Source of the DNA: an uncultured Chlamydiae bacterium
Lineage (GTDB): Bacteria > Chlamydiota > Chlamydiia > Chlamydiales > JAJFMA01
Reading direction: 5' to 3'
DNA: 64,000 bases
Assembly: GCA_963713615.1 (NCBI GenBank)
Contig: CAVQMM010000001.1
Coordinates: 1,824,001-1,888,000 of the forward strand
Every line of letters begins with the position of its first letter. Within the stretch, counting starts at the first letter, position 1. The notes below the pieces were generated by a model. It saw nothing but the letters and a program-made list of their open reading frames with translations. It ran no database searches and was not told where the DNA came from. This document shows positions 11,201 to 21,436 of this stretch, piece after piece. A program made the position numbers and the translations under genes.

Positions 11201-11389
11201 ACCTCTTTTCAAGTGCCGAAGAAAGCTCCAAAGTGGGGTGCTGCTGGACCACCCATCGCCAATTAGCAAGGTATTCTTCATATTGCATAAAAAAAATATT
11301 TTGAGTACGATGTAACGTTTTTAGCATTTAACTGCTGTTAAGATAACCACAAGCCACATGACATGCTTTCGCCATGAGGAGAAAAAGAT

Positions 11390-12304
11390 ATGATTCTACG
11401 CATACTCGTCATAGCTCTGACATTTGCGATCCACCTATCTGCATCGCCGGAAGATGGACTATTTGACAATTCTATCTTTGAGCCCCAAAAAGACATGCAG
11501 TTTACGAGTGATGCTGAACTGACTGCAAACTCGTTTTTTATCCCCAAAGAAGGCATGCATCTTGCGAACGCCCCCCCCGTTGGGATCGCCCCCCAAGCAT
11601 GCGGTGGATGTAATAGTTGCCGCGAGACACCTTCTGCCGCTGCCCTCCTTCAGTCTATACAAACAGTCCTTAATAGCGACCTATTGCTACTGCCACAGCT
11701 CGAAACTCAACTGATTAACGTTGTACAAACAATAGTGACAGAAGGTGGAATAGGGGTTCCAGGCATTCCAGGGCCTACGGGACCAACTGGAGCTACTGGA
11801 GCTACCGGTCCTGCAGGACCTACTGGCGCGACGGGGGCTACCGGTCCTGCAGGCCCTGCAGGCGGGGCATTGGATTTTGCGGATTTTTACGCCTTAATGC
11901 CTCCAAACAACGCCTCCACAGTTGCAGCTGGCTCGGATGTTCAGTTTCCAGAAGACGGACCATCGAGTGGGTCTGGTTTGATTGCTCGCACCGGTGCTAG
12001 CACCTTTAACCTTGCTGACATTGGTGTCTATCAGGTCATGTTTCAGGTTAGTGTGGACGAAGCCGGGCAATTGGTATTGACTCTCGATTCGGGAGGAGGA
12101 CCCATTGAGCTAGCCTACACAGTGGTGGGTCGAGCGACAGGTACATCCCAACTGGTCGGAATAGCTATTGTGCAAACGAGTGTCATTAATTCGATACTCA
12201 CAGTCCGTAATCCTGCTTCGGAGAGTACAGCATTAACGATAACTCCCCTAGCAGGGGGAACAGACCCCGTTTCGGCGCACCTCACCATCATACGGATTCA
12301 ATAG
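11390..12304 (+). CDS. Secreted collagen-like protein with BclA-type C-terminal domain
   Basis: Signal peptide; G-X-Y run GPTGPTGATGATGPAGPTGATGATGPAGPA; FADFYALMP...GVYQVMFQVSV...ILTVRNP C-terminal beta domain. Confidence 0.7.
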   Translation: MILRILVIALTFAIHLSASPEDGLFDNSIFEPQKDMQFTSDAELTANSFFIPKEGMHLANAPPVGIAPQACGGCNSCRETPSAAALLQSIQTVLNSDLLLLPQLETQLINVVQTIVTEGGIGVPGIPGPTGPTGATGATGPAGPTGATGATGPAGPAGGALDFADFYALMPPNNASTVAAGSDVQFPEDGPSSGSGLIARTGASTFNLADIGVYQVMFQVSVDEAGQLVLTLDSGGGPIELAYTVVGRATGTSQLVGIAIVQTSVINSILTVRNPASESTALTITPLAGGTDPVSAHLTIIRIQ

Positions 12305-12330
12305 CCACCCATTAGTTAGGAAAATGTCGT

Positions 12331-13242
12331 ATGCTATACTTCAAAAAGATACACGTAGCGATAACATTCCTCATGGTCGCTTCAGTAGGTGTCACCTACG
12401 GCGAATACTACGATGTGTTCAGTTTCCGACCTACCTGTTGTGAATGTGGTAACACGTTCATAACCGCCGATTTGTTATTTTGGAGGCCTTTTGAAGGTGG
12501 GCTGGATACCTGCATCCCCGATTCAACCACTGACACTACGACCTCAGGAACAGTCATTTCAACTCTTAATGGAACAGCTCGTGATCCGCACTTCAGGTGG
12601 ACTCCTGGCTTTCGTATTGGTGCTGGATATGAGCCGGCCGATTGCGGGTGGGATTTTGGGGCATCTTGGACGCATTTTCATTCGCACGCTAATGCAAACG
12701 GGGGGCGATGGAATATAGATTTGGATGTTGTCGATGCGATAGCGGGATATGAATATTGTTTAAGCCCTTGTTTCGTCTTGAGGCCATTTGCGGGTTTACG
12801 TGGCGCAAGAATTGATCAGCAGGTGCGCGTCAATGAATTTATCGCGAGTGAGCTGACTACAATCAACACGAACAACAAAGAAGACTTTTGGGGAGTCGGC
12901 CCTTTAATAGGCCTTGAAGGAGATTGGAAGATCGGGTGCGGTTTTAGTCTATTTGCCAGTGGTTCCATCTCTTGGTTATATGGAAAGTTTGATGTTCGAC
13001 TTATTGACTCCACAGTGACAGCAGATTCTGCTAGTTATTGCAATGTCGGAAAGAATCTTGATGCTTCTCTAGCTGGCGCTGATGCTGCAATAGGGATCCG
13101 CTGGTGTGAGTGTTTTTGTAGCACAGAATTACTTCTTCAGGTGGCCCTGGAACACCACCGTTATTTTGACTACAACCGTATTGGCGGCTATGGCGACTTA
13201 AGCTTTGATGGCGTGACGCTATCCGCTGGCCTAGAATATTAG
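12331..13242 (+). CDS. Lpg1974/MOMP-like outer-membrane beta-barrel protein, Cys-rich
   Basis: Signal peptide; ADLLFW, PGFRIGAGY, LRPFAGLRGARIDQ, FWGVGPLIG, GDLSFDGVTL and terminal aromatic residue. Confidence 0.75.
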   Translation: MLYFKKIHVAITFLMVASVGVTYGEYYDVFSFRPTCCECGNTFITADLLFWRPFEGGLDTCIPDSTTDTTTSGTVISTLNGTARDPHFRWTPGFRIGAGYEPADCGWDFGASWTHFHSHANANGGRWNIDLDVVDAIAGYEYCLSPCFVLRPFAGLRGARIDQQVRVNEFIASELTTINTNNKEDFWGVGPLIGLEGDWKIGCGFSLFASGSISWLYGKFDVRLIDSTVTADSASYCNVGKNLDASLAGADAAIGIRWCECFCSTELLLQVALEHHRYFDYNRIGGYGDLSFDGVTLSAGLEY

Positions 13243-13260
13243 ACCGCGTTATCGAAAGCT

Positions 13261-13519
13261 AAGCCCTCACAAGCGTTACTCGGCGCGCAGCGCTTTGGAG
13301 TGCGTGTCGCTCGCGACCGCTTTGGATTTGGGTGAACTAGGCATTGCAAGAAACGTAACCCTTCTCTCTAGGGGTAACTGTGGGGGGGGGGGCAGCCTCC
13401 GTAGAACGGTGCGCGATTCAATAGACTCGCCCAAATCCAAAGCGGTCGCGAGCGACACGCACTCCAAAGCGCTGCGCGCCGAGATACGATTGTGAGTCGA
13501 GAAAAAGATGTGTGCAACC
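13261..13519. repeat. REP-doublet element copy 2 (spacer type A, G11), plus partial outer arm
   Basis: Inverted arms as in copy 1; tail TCGAGAAAAAGATGTGTGCAAC matches the outer arm at 17350 and 59773. Confidence 0.9.
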
Positions 13520-13533
13520 ACTAAGGAAACGAC

Positions 13534-14004
13534 ATGAAAAAATCAGGCGCCGTGCTACTACTATTTATCATAGTGATCTTTAGCGTAAGTTTTACCGAAA
13601 GCATAATCCAGGAACACTCTATAGAAACCTGGTACCCAACGCTTAATATCCCTTCTTGGACAGCACCTCCAGAGGTATTTGGACCTGTATGGATTGTACT
13701 ATACCTCTTGATGGCTGTTTCAGGGTGGCTTTTGTATCTTGCCCCTTCTTCTTCCAAGCGTACACAAGCCCTGATATGGTATGGATTGCAACTGGCTCTA
13801 AACCTAGTTTGGACTCTGGTCTTTTTTGGCCTTCATAGTATCTTCCTGGGACTCATTGACGTCATCGCTATCTGGTTATGTGTCATCTTAACAATGTACA
13901 ACGCTTGGCCGGTGAACCGGTTGGTGACGTATTTGTTCATTCCTAATCTACTTTGGATAACCTATGCAGCACTCATCAATGCTGCTGCCTGGACACTTAA
14001 CTAG
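13534..14004 (+). CDS. TspO/MBR family protein
   Basis: WYPTLNIPSWTAPPEVFGPVW, QLALNLVWTLVFFG, PNLLWITYA. Confidence 0.9.
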   Translation: MKKSGAVLLLFIIVIFSVSFTESIIQEHSIETWYPTLNIPSWTAPPEVFGPVWIVLYLLMAVSGWLLYLAPSSSKRTQALIWYGLQLALNLVWTLVFFGLHSIFLGLIDVIAIWLCVILTMYNAWPVNRLVTYLFIPNLLWITYAALINAAAWTLN

Positions 14005-14021
14005 ATCGCCGAGGTATAAAA

Positions 14022-14702
14022 ATGAAAGCTCCTCTGGTGTTGCTGTCCGGGCTTCTTTCAAATAAACTCCTTTGGCGTCACCAAGTCGATCACTTAGGTG
14101 ACATCGCGGAGATACGAACGATGGCTCCATCTCAAGATACACCCGATAGAATGGTACAAGCTATTTTAGACGCGGCGCCTCCAAAATTTGCCCTTGCTGG
14201 CCACTCTATGGGTGGCTGGCTATGCCTAGAAGTCATGCGCACCGCACCCTCACGAGTGAGCAAGCTCTGCTTGTTGAACACGACAGCTCGGGAAGATACC
14301 GAAGACAAAAGCACCAGACGTCAAACAATGATTCAAACAGCCGAAAATGGACAGTTCGAACAACTTGCTAAAGAACTCATCGCATACTTTGTCTTCAACC
14401 CACTCGTAAGAGACGATGTGGAAAAAATGTTCCTAGACGTAGGTAAAGAGGCCTTTATTCATCAAGAGAAAGCCATGCTTATCCGTAGCGAATGCGACTC
14501 GATTTTACCTAACATCTCATGTCCCACGTTAGTGATTCATTCTGCACATGACAAAATCTTCTCTCTTGAAGAGCATCAAGAACTCGTTAATCATATCAAG
14601 AATGCCAAACTTGCCATCGTCGAAGACTCTGGCCATATGAGCCCTCTTGAGGTACCACAAGCAATCACCACCCTTCTTAGGTTCTGGCTAACCTACTTTT
14701 AG
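14022..14702 (+). CDS. Alpha/beta hydrolase
   Basis: GHSMGG nucleophile elbow, catalytic D (HDKIF) and H (SGHMSP). Confidence 0.9.
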   Translation: MKAPLVLLSGLLSNKLLWRHQVDHLGDIAEIRTMAPSQDTPDRMVQAILDAAPPKFALAGHSMGGWLCLEVMRTAPSRVSKLCLLNTTAREDTEDKSTRRQTMIQTAENGQFEQLAKELIAYFVFNPLVRDDVEKMFLDVGKEAFIHQEKAMLIRSECDSILPNISCPTLVIHSAHDKIFSLEEHQELVNHIKNAKLAIVEDSGHMSPLEVPQAITTLLRFWLTYF

Positions 14703-14790
14703 GCAGACCTTGCGAAATTAGGATTCACTGGATATTTTTTTCTGTTTAGCCTACTTTTGAGCTTCGAAGCCAAGAAAAATCGAGAATCAC

Positions 14791-15213
14791 ATGAATCTTA
14801 AACGCTATATCGCAGCGACTTTTTCGCTTTTTATTTTCATCTTTATTTACCAATGGCTGGTCGATAGCTATCTATTAATCGGAATGTATATAGAAACATC
14901 AGACCTCTGGCGTGATTTTCGAGAGATGTTTGCTAATATTCCCTTGGCCATATGTTATATGTTTGTTCTGTCAGCGTGGGCTAGCTATGTCTTTCCAAAA
15001 CTTTGCAAAGACGGCGGAATCGTAAATGGATTACTCTTTGGACTGTATTTTGGCGTTTTTGCTGGCTTGCTAAAGGCTTCGTGGTATTTTTGGTTACCTG
15101 TCTCATTAGAACTTACTGCAGCATGGTTCTTGACTTGTTTCATACAAGTACTTGGTGCCGGCTTTATTCTTGGAGTCGTCTACCGTAAAAACCATGCACA
15201 GACGTTTTCGTAG
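14791..15213 (+). CDS. Four-TM membrane protein of unknown function
   Basis: Four hydrophobic segments; GLLFGLYFG motif. Confidence 0.65.
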   Translation: MNLKRYIAATFSLFIFIFIYQWLVDSYLLIGMYIETSDLWRDFREMFANIPLAICYMFVLSAWASYVFPKLCKDGGIVNGLLFGLYFGVFAGLLKASWYFWLPVSLELTAAWFLTCFIQVLGAGFILGVVYRKNHAQTFS

Positions 15214-15295
15214 AACACATTTTTTGCAGAACTCTTGGGCTTTCCAGAAGCCATGCTAGAGTAGCCTTTCTCTGTGGCGCAGTCATTCCATGCAT

Positions 15296-17011
15296 CCTCA
15301 TTTCCCGCGAAAATTGTAACTAGGTCTGTCGTAATTCACTAAAAAAAAGCCTGTTGCGCACATTTTATGCTGGATTTTTTCATTTTTCATCGTTACAATT
15401 GTAACGATTTAAGGAAGGAAATAGTGTATGCCATGCAGAGTCAACCATATAAACAAGACTACCGGCGTTACCTACGTATACGAATACACCTCATTCTGGG
15501 ATAAAGAGAAAAAACAGTCTCGTAATAAGCAAGTGTGTGTGGGTAAGCTCGATCCAGTCACCGGAGAGTTCATTCCCTCCAAGCGTCTTAAACCTGAACA
15601 GGCAGTCATTCGAGATCCCGCGGTCACTGCATCTGCTGAAGTTGTGGGACCTTCGATCGTGCTCGATGCTATTACCGAGCAGTTAGGCCTGAAACAGTTG
15701 TTGAGGTCTTGCTTCCCTCAGGAGTACCAACAGATTCAGGCAATGGCCTATTATCTTGCCATTCAAGGAGGGCCTCTGAGCTATTGCGGGACATGGTGCA
15801 AGAACCATGTGCCTTCCGTTGAGTGCTTAACCAGCCAGAGGATTAGCGAAATCCTTGGCGCCATTAGCATCGATAAGAAGCAAACCTTTTTCACCAAGTG
15901 GATGAATAAAGTGTTAGAGGATGATTATCTCTGTTACGACATCACTTCTATTTCCTCATATTCTGAGCTCAATGAATACATCAAATACGGCCACAACCGC
16001 GACCTGGATAAGTTACCACAGCTGAATCTTGCCATACTCTTCGGCCAGAAGGGACGTTTGCCAGTGTATTTCGAACGGACTCCGGGCAACATCACCGATG
16101 TGACTACATTACACAACCTCTTGAAGACCTTCAAAGCTCTGGAGATAAAGAAACTTCACTACGTGATGGACAAAGGGTTCTACAGCAAAAAAAATGTTGA
16201 TCACCTGCTTGCTGCCAGGGACAGATTTACTCTATCAATCCCTCTGAAGAACAAGTGGGTACAACTCGCTATAAATGACATTTATGGGGTGATCCATGGG
16301 CCTGAGGGATACCAAAAGCTTGATAATGAGATCCTATATGTTCACTCTCGTCTGTACCCATGGGGGGATGACAAGCGTCGCTGCTATCTACACCTCTACT
16401 ACAATGCTCATGCACGAGCCACCGCCGTCGATCAGTTTACTGAAGAATTGGTTGGGTATAAGAAGGAACTGGAATCAGGAGATTTGATTAACGCGCATCA
16501 AGATGCGTACGACGCATTTTTTGTGATAAAGACCACCCGCAAGCGAGGCATACGAGTCTCGTACAATGATCAAGCTGTGAGTCAGTACATCAACCGCTAT
16601 GCTGGATTCCAAGCGCTGTTGACCAATAGTATTAAGGATCCGGTGGAGTCCTTGCAAATCTACCGAGACAAAGATGTGGTAGAAAAGTGCTTTGATGACC
16701 TGAAAAATCAGTTGGATATGAAACGCTTACGCATGCATAGTTCAGCAACTGTTGATGGCAGGCTTTTTGTGCAATTCATTGCCCTTATTTACATGAGCGC
16801 TCTGCGCAAAGAAATGAGACAGTCTGGTCTTATTAAACGATACACGGTTCGGGAGCTTCTACAAGAAATGGATACACTGACTAAAATAAAGTATTCTGGT
16901 AAGTACGGCCATATCCTCACCGAGGTTACAAAACCACAGAGGGAAATTTTACAGGGTCTAAAAATTGCGTTGCCGGGCCAGACCTAGTTACAATTTTCAC
17001 GGGAAATGAGG
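15296..17011 (+). mobile_element. Complete IS1634-family insertion sequence
   Basis: 33-bp TIRs CCTCATTTCCCG(C/T)GAAAATTGTAACTAGGTCTG with one mismatch; ATGCAT duplicated at 15290-15295 and 17012-17017. Confidence 0.92.
15428..16987 (+). CDS. IS1634-family DDE transposase
   Basis: YDITSISSYS, YGHNRD, GNITDV, VMDKGFYS, YRDKDVVEKCFDDLK (IS4-like YREK motif). Confidence 0.9.
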   Translation: MPCRVNHINKTTGVTYVYEYTSFWDKEKKQSRNKQVCVGKLDPVTGEFIPSKRLKPEQAVIRDPAVTASAEVVGPSIVLDAITEQLGLKQLLRSCFPQEYQQIQAMAYYLAIQGGPLSYCGTWCKNHVPSVECLTSQRISEILGAISIDKKQTFFTKWMNKVLEDDYLCYDITSISSYSELNEYIKYGHNRDLDKLPQLNLAILFGQKGRLPVYFERTPGNITDVTTLHNLLKTFKALEIKKLHYVMDKGFYSKKNVDHLLAARDRFTLSIPLKNKWVQLAINDIYGVIHGPEGYQKLDNEILYVHSRLYPWGDDKRRCYLHLYYNAHARATAVDQFTEELVGYKKELESGDLINAHQDAYDAFFVIKTTRKRGIRVSYNDQAVSQYINRYAGFQALLTNSIKDPVESLQIYRDKDVVEKCFDDLKNQLDMKRLRMHSSATVDGRLFVQFIALIYMSALRKEMRQSGLIKRYTVRELLQEMDTLTKIKYSGKYGHILTEVTKPQREILQGLKIALPGQT

Positions 17012-17398
17012 ATGCATAGTGTTGCACACATCTTTTTCTTGACAGCGGCACGTATCCGAAATAGCGTCTACCCGAATGAACGTGAGTGAAGCTATACGCA
17101 TCGGCCTAAGTCTACACAATCGTCGCTCGGCGCGCAGCGCTTTGGAGTGCGGTCGCTTGCGACCGCTTTTCGGTGTTTACGAAGATCATGTGAAACGGTA
17201 TCACCATCATTCGCTAAGGGTAAATAGTTAGCACATGCAGTTTTCACCGAAGCCGTACAACGCCTTTTAGCATTACCTTCGCAAGGAGCCCAAAGCGGTC
17301 GCGAGCGACACGCACTCCAAAGCGCTGCGCGCCAAGATACGATTGTGAGTCAAGAACAAGATGTGTGCAACACTATGCAGGGAATGACTGCGCCACAG
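17012..17398. repeat. Composite palindromic element: REP doublet (spacer type B) inside outer IR arms; left outer arm begins at 15272 and is split by the IS
   Basis: CTGTGGCGCAGTCATTCC-[IS]-ATGCATAGTGTTGCACACATCT... pairs with ...AGATGTGTGCAACACTATGCAGGGAATGACTGCGCCACAG (ends 17398). Confidence 0.85.
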
Positions 17399-17417
17399 GG
17401 GACCAGTTCAACCGTAT

Positions 17418-19562
17418 CTATGCCTCGGCAAAGTGACCCGGATAAAATAGCGCTTCATTCACCCCAAAGATGTCAGAGATCTGTCGTACAATGGCTGGGG
17501 TAATTGCCTTATAGCCATTTTCGAGATTACTCATGGTACCATCACTCATGGGACTACGCGGAAAACGCTGCTTATAGATCTGTTTAAAATGATCCTGGCT
17601 CATTCCATCAGACAAACGCAGCTCTACCATTAGCTTCCGACGAAATGTCGCGCTTTTTCGCTTTAATCTGGCAGCCTCTTCAAGGGCAAGTTCCGAAATA
17701 TCAGCTATTTTTTGCGCTTTTCTTGCCACGAGACGTTCTGCTGCAGTCGTCTTATTGCGTTGCATGCGCTCGATCCTTACATCTAACGTACTTTGGTCGT
17801 GCCTTAAAAGTTCTTCTAGAAGGCGTACCGCTTTTTTATCTGTCACTTGGTCAAACAGCCTTTTACGGAATAATACTGATGTTGCTTCGCTATGATTTCT
17901 GCTGTTGAGCTGTCCTTCAAGACGTTTGAGCCGTCTTTCAAGCGAAGATTTATCATCCGTTCCGCGCGCATCTCCAGTCGCTGTAAAGGTAATGCGTTTC
18001 GATAATTTGCTGATCAAGGTTGCATTGGTCTCTATGACCCCATGCGCCCTGGAGTTGATGCGAATCTCTCGACTCTTTTGAGCCAAGTCTAGATCCGAAA
18101 TGTTTAGCAGTTTGCAAAACATGACTCTTTCCGCTTCGGTACTTGCATGGTCTAGAAGAGCACGGTAGAAAAAAACATCCAGATGCTTGCTACTCTCTTT
18201 TTTCACACTGTTTAATACCGACTCTATCTTGCTCTTTATAACGCTCTGAACTTGCTGGTCCGCCTTAATCATCTCGTAGCGCAGACGATAAATGTTTGTC
18301 CTTAAACACCGCTTTTTTTCTTCCGTCAGCCCCACAAGCTGGCTAGGAGGAACTTGTCTTCCGCTGGCCTTGGCGATAAAGGGTTTGATCTCCCTTACCA
18401 ACTCGTCAATTTTAGCGCTATTTTCTGCTAATATGGCCTTGGTCTTGCCGACTCTGCCAAATTCAGCAACATTTGCTTTTAGTGTCGCGTAATCAATGCT
18501 AGTGGCCTTTTCCGCCACTTCACGATCTAGTCCTTTGAGGCGCTTTAAAACATGAAAATGATACATGTCCAAAAAATGAACAGGCGCACGAGATTCGTTA
18601 TTTTTCTGATGATATTCATGTCGAATGACTACCGGAAGCGCATCAATCTTCCGCTTGATCAGCGCTCGAATTTTTTTGGGAGAGACCGCTTGCTCATCTT
18701 CTAGTTTTTCAACAAGCTTTGTTGCTTTGCCAAGCTCAGGGTCATCCAGCTGCAAATCGAGCCAGAGGTCGAAATTGTTTGCATCCTCCGTATAAGCCTG
18801 AAGCTCCTCGGCTTTGTTCCGGTAGATGTCTAAGACATCTTTCACCTTATGATTTGTCTCACGCTCATAGCCTTTGACGATTTCTTTACGAAGGGCTTTT
18901 GCAAATTTTTTGGCAACTTGATGGGGAGTGAGTTCTTTCTTTGATGCTCGATTCAATAGGTCAACCGTTTTGTTGCGTAGCTGGCTGGGCAGCATGCTCT
19001 GATACGCAGACTTATCCGCTCCCTTAGGACGATATTTCTCATCTATAGCCCTATCTGCATCATTGAGTTCCTTCACAAGATCAATGGTGGCCTGACTTTC
19101 GTCGTATATCCCAGAACGGTATAGATAGACGAATTTGCGGTCTGAATTTGGTGTAGAGGCATAGATGCACGGCAGAGTCGCGTGATGAGCAGCCTGAAGG
19201 GTAATGTCCTCTCCAATTGGGTTGTAAATCCCTTCCGCATTAAAGCCCTGATGTACTGTGTGACCTTCGCAAAAATTAAGGCCGGTGCCATAACAGGTGA
19301 CGGCCTGCACAACCAGCTGAGAAAGGCGTTTTTCCAGATGTAACTCAATCGCTGTGTAGGATTTTTTTAGGCGATGGTTCCAGTCATTGAGTTTAATAGC
19401 CTCTTCATGTGGAAGGTTTTCTTTGCGAAATTTAGATAGGCAAGGGTCTATTATCGACGAGGTAACGTTACCACCAAAAGAAACACGTGTGGTTACCTTG
19501 TCGGCATCATCTGCTGCTAGAGTTGGGTATACAGGGAGCTTATTTAACGCGATAACGGCCAT
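17418..19562 (-). CDS. Large hypothetical protein with C-terminal XRE-type HTH and possible N-terminal HNH-like motif
   Basis: AAGGAG 7 nt before ATG 19562; C-terminal LRLSDGMSQ...TMSNLENG...ISDIFGV; N-terminal QAAHH...ATIDLVKELNDAD. Confidence 0.7.
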   Translation of the reverse strand: MAVIALNKLPVYPTLAADDADKVTTRVSFGGNVTSSIIDPCLSKFRKENLPHEEAIKLNDWNHRLKKSYTAIELHLEKRLSQLVVQAVTCYGTGLNFCEGHTVHQGFNAEGIYNPIGEDITLQAAHHATLPCIYASTPNSDRKFVYLYRSGIYDESQATIDLVKELNDADRAIDEKYRPKGADKSAYQSMLPSQLRNKTVDLLNRASKKELTPHQVAKKFAKALRKEIVKGYERETNHKVKDVLDIYRNKAEELQAYTEDANNFDLWLDLQLDDPELGKATKLVEKLEDEQAVSPKKIRALIKRKIDALPVVIRHEYHQKNNESRAPVHFLDMYHFHVLKRLKGLDREVAEKATSIDYATLKANVAEFGRVGKTKAILAENSAKIDELVREIKPFIAKASGRQVPPSQLVGLTEEKKRCLRTNIYRLRYEMIKADQQVQSVIKSKIESVLNSVKKESSKHLDVFFYRALLDHASTEAERVMFCKLLNISDLDLAQKSREIRINSRAHGVIETNATLISKLSKRITFTATGDARGTDDKSSLERRLKRLEGQLNSRNHSEATSVLFRKRLFDQVTDKKAVRLLEELLRHDQSTLDVRIERMQRNKTTAAERLVARKAQKIADISELALEEAARLKRKSATFRRKLMVELRLSDGMSQDHFKQIYKQRFPRSPMSDGTMSNLENGYKAITPAIVRQISDIFGVNEALFYPGHFAEA

Positions 19563-19637
19563 GAGCACTCTCCTTATAGGTTTTTGAGGGGCTCAACCGT
19601 TTAACATAATAAAGTCTATTTCGTCCAGTCGTACAGC

Positions 19638-20426
19638 TTAAAAGATTGAACGAATCACTCCACCCTCGACCCGCAATGGAGCACCGTTTATTGCCGCACC
19701 ACGCTCGCTACAGACAAAGGCAACTAGCGCCCCCACCTCATCAGTTGTGGCAAAACGTTGAATCAGCGAACTGGGTCTAACGGTCTTAAAGAACTCATCT
19801 TCGACTTGCTTAACAGTGACATTTTTTGATTTTGCGATATCGGCTACAAATTTTTCTACTCCTTCAGAGTAAGTGGGACCAGGTAATACGGAATTGACAG
19901 TAACGCCTGTCCCTTTAGTCATTTCAGCAAGCCCACGTGCAATAGCCAACTGCGCGGTTTTAGTCATTCCATAGTGAATCATCTCTGTAGGAATATTCAC
20001 GCCAGATTCGCTTGAAATAAAGACAATGCGACCCCAATTTTTCGCTTTCATCTTAGGAAAATAATGACGAGAAAGGCGGATGCCACTCATGACATTAATA
20101 TTAAAAATTCGAAGCCAATCTTCATCAGAAATGTCCTCAAAATCTTTGACCTCGTAAATCCCAAGATTGTTGATGAGAATATCCACAGTAGGAAGAAGTT
20201 CAATTAGCTTATCGATACCGGCTTTATCTGATAGATCGAAGGGAGCAGCAAACAATTTGCCATTTGTGGTCTTTATTGTGTCTATGGCAGCGTGAACTTT
20301 CTCAGCAGAACGCCCGTTGATATAGACACTTGCTCCTTCTTCAGCTAAAGCCTTCGCGATCGCGAACCCAATACCCGATGTCGATCCCGTCACCAAAGCG
20401 ACTTTATCTTTCAAATCCAAATCCAT
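19638..20426 (-). CDS. SDR family oxidoreductase
   Basis: TGSTSGIG, NNLG, YGMTK, VNSVLPG. Confidence 0.92.
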   Translation of the reverse strand: MDLDLKDKVALVTGSTSGIGFAIAKALAEEGASVYINGRSAEKVHAAIDTIKTTNGKLFAAPFDLSDKAGIDKLIELLPTVDILINNLGIYEVKDFEDISDEDWLRIFNINVMSGIRLSRHYFPKMKAKNWGRIVFISSESGVNIPTEMIHYGMTKTAQLAIARGLAEMTKGTGVTVNSVLPGPTYSEGVEKFVADIAKSKNVTVKQVEDEFFKTVRPSSLIQRFATTDEVGALVAFVCSERGAAINGAPLRVEGGVIRSIF

Positions 20427-20590
20427 ATTGGCCTCCCAATTTGCAGAGCCATTTGATTGTGTCTTACTATGGTTATGTATAAAAAACCAGGTCTTTTGGA
20501 CAAGGTCAACGATAAATTCCGTTAAAAATTTTCTTGCGACGATGGATGGGTGTTGCTAGATTCGGGTTAAGGCTTAAAAAGAGGTTTGAT

Positions 20591-21220
20591 ATGGCAAAAT
20601 TGATCTACATCAAAGCTTCCCCACGTAAGGATCGTTCACACTCATCACGTGTGGCGCAGCAATTTGTCGACTCCTATCGAGCAGCGCATCCTCAAGATAC
20701 TATTGAGGAACTTAATCTATGGGAGTTGGATCTGCCCCCTTTCGACGGAGACACAATTGATGCTAAGTATGCTATCATGCATCAGAAATCACAAACTCAG
20801 GAACAACAAGAAGCGTGGAAGCAAGTGACTACCATTTTCCAAAAGTTTGCAAACGCTGACAAGTACCTCTTTAGCGTGCCGATGTGGAACTTCGGAATTC
20901 CCTATCGTTTAAAGCACTATATTGACATCCTAACCCAACCTGGATTGGCATTTAACGTCACTCCCGAAGGGCGTTATGTTGGATTGGTCACTGGGAAGCC
21001 TGCACTCGTCGTATATGCCAGCGGAGGGGCCTATCGCCCAGGGTCTGCGACAGAAAGCTATGACATGCAAAAACCCTTTATGAAGCTATGGCTTCAGTTT
21101 ATCGGCTTTAGTGATATCCGAAAAATCACTGTTGACGGGACTATGGGAGATCCTGCAAAGGCCAAGGAAATTGAAAACTCTTGCCTTCAAGAGGCCTCTG
21201 AGATGGCCAAAACCTTCTAG
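20591..21220 (+). CDS. azoR: FMN-dependent NADH-azoreductase
   Basis: ASPR, PMWNFGIP, LKHYID, SGG; ATG 20591 after GAGG. Confidence 0.88.
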   Translation: MAKLIYIKASPRKDRSHSSRVAQQFVDSYRAAHPQDTIEELNLWELDLPPFDGDTIDAKYAIMHQKSQTQEQQEAWKQVTTIFQKFANADKYLFSVPMWNFGIPYRLKHYIDILTQPGLAFNVTPEGRYVGLVTGKPALVVYASGGAYRPGSATESYDMQKPFMKLWLQFIGFSDIRKITVDGTMGDPAKAKEIENSCLQEASEMAKTF

Positions 21221-21436
21221 GAGATGGACACAGTTGCTTTCCAGCCTATGATGCGCTAAGAAATTACTTACACGGTCAAGATTTCACCGTTCCCACCACA
21301 ATACAAGAGGTCAAGGAGCTTCTAGATATAGCCGAGTTAGCCCAATTGTTAAATCTAACGTATATAAATGCGTTACTTCAATGAACTCGGTCACCAAGAC
21401 TCATCACGTACCACTAGAATTTAAAAATATTTGTGG

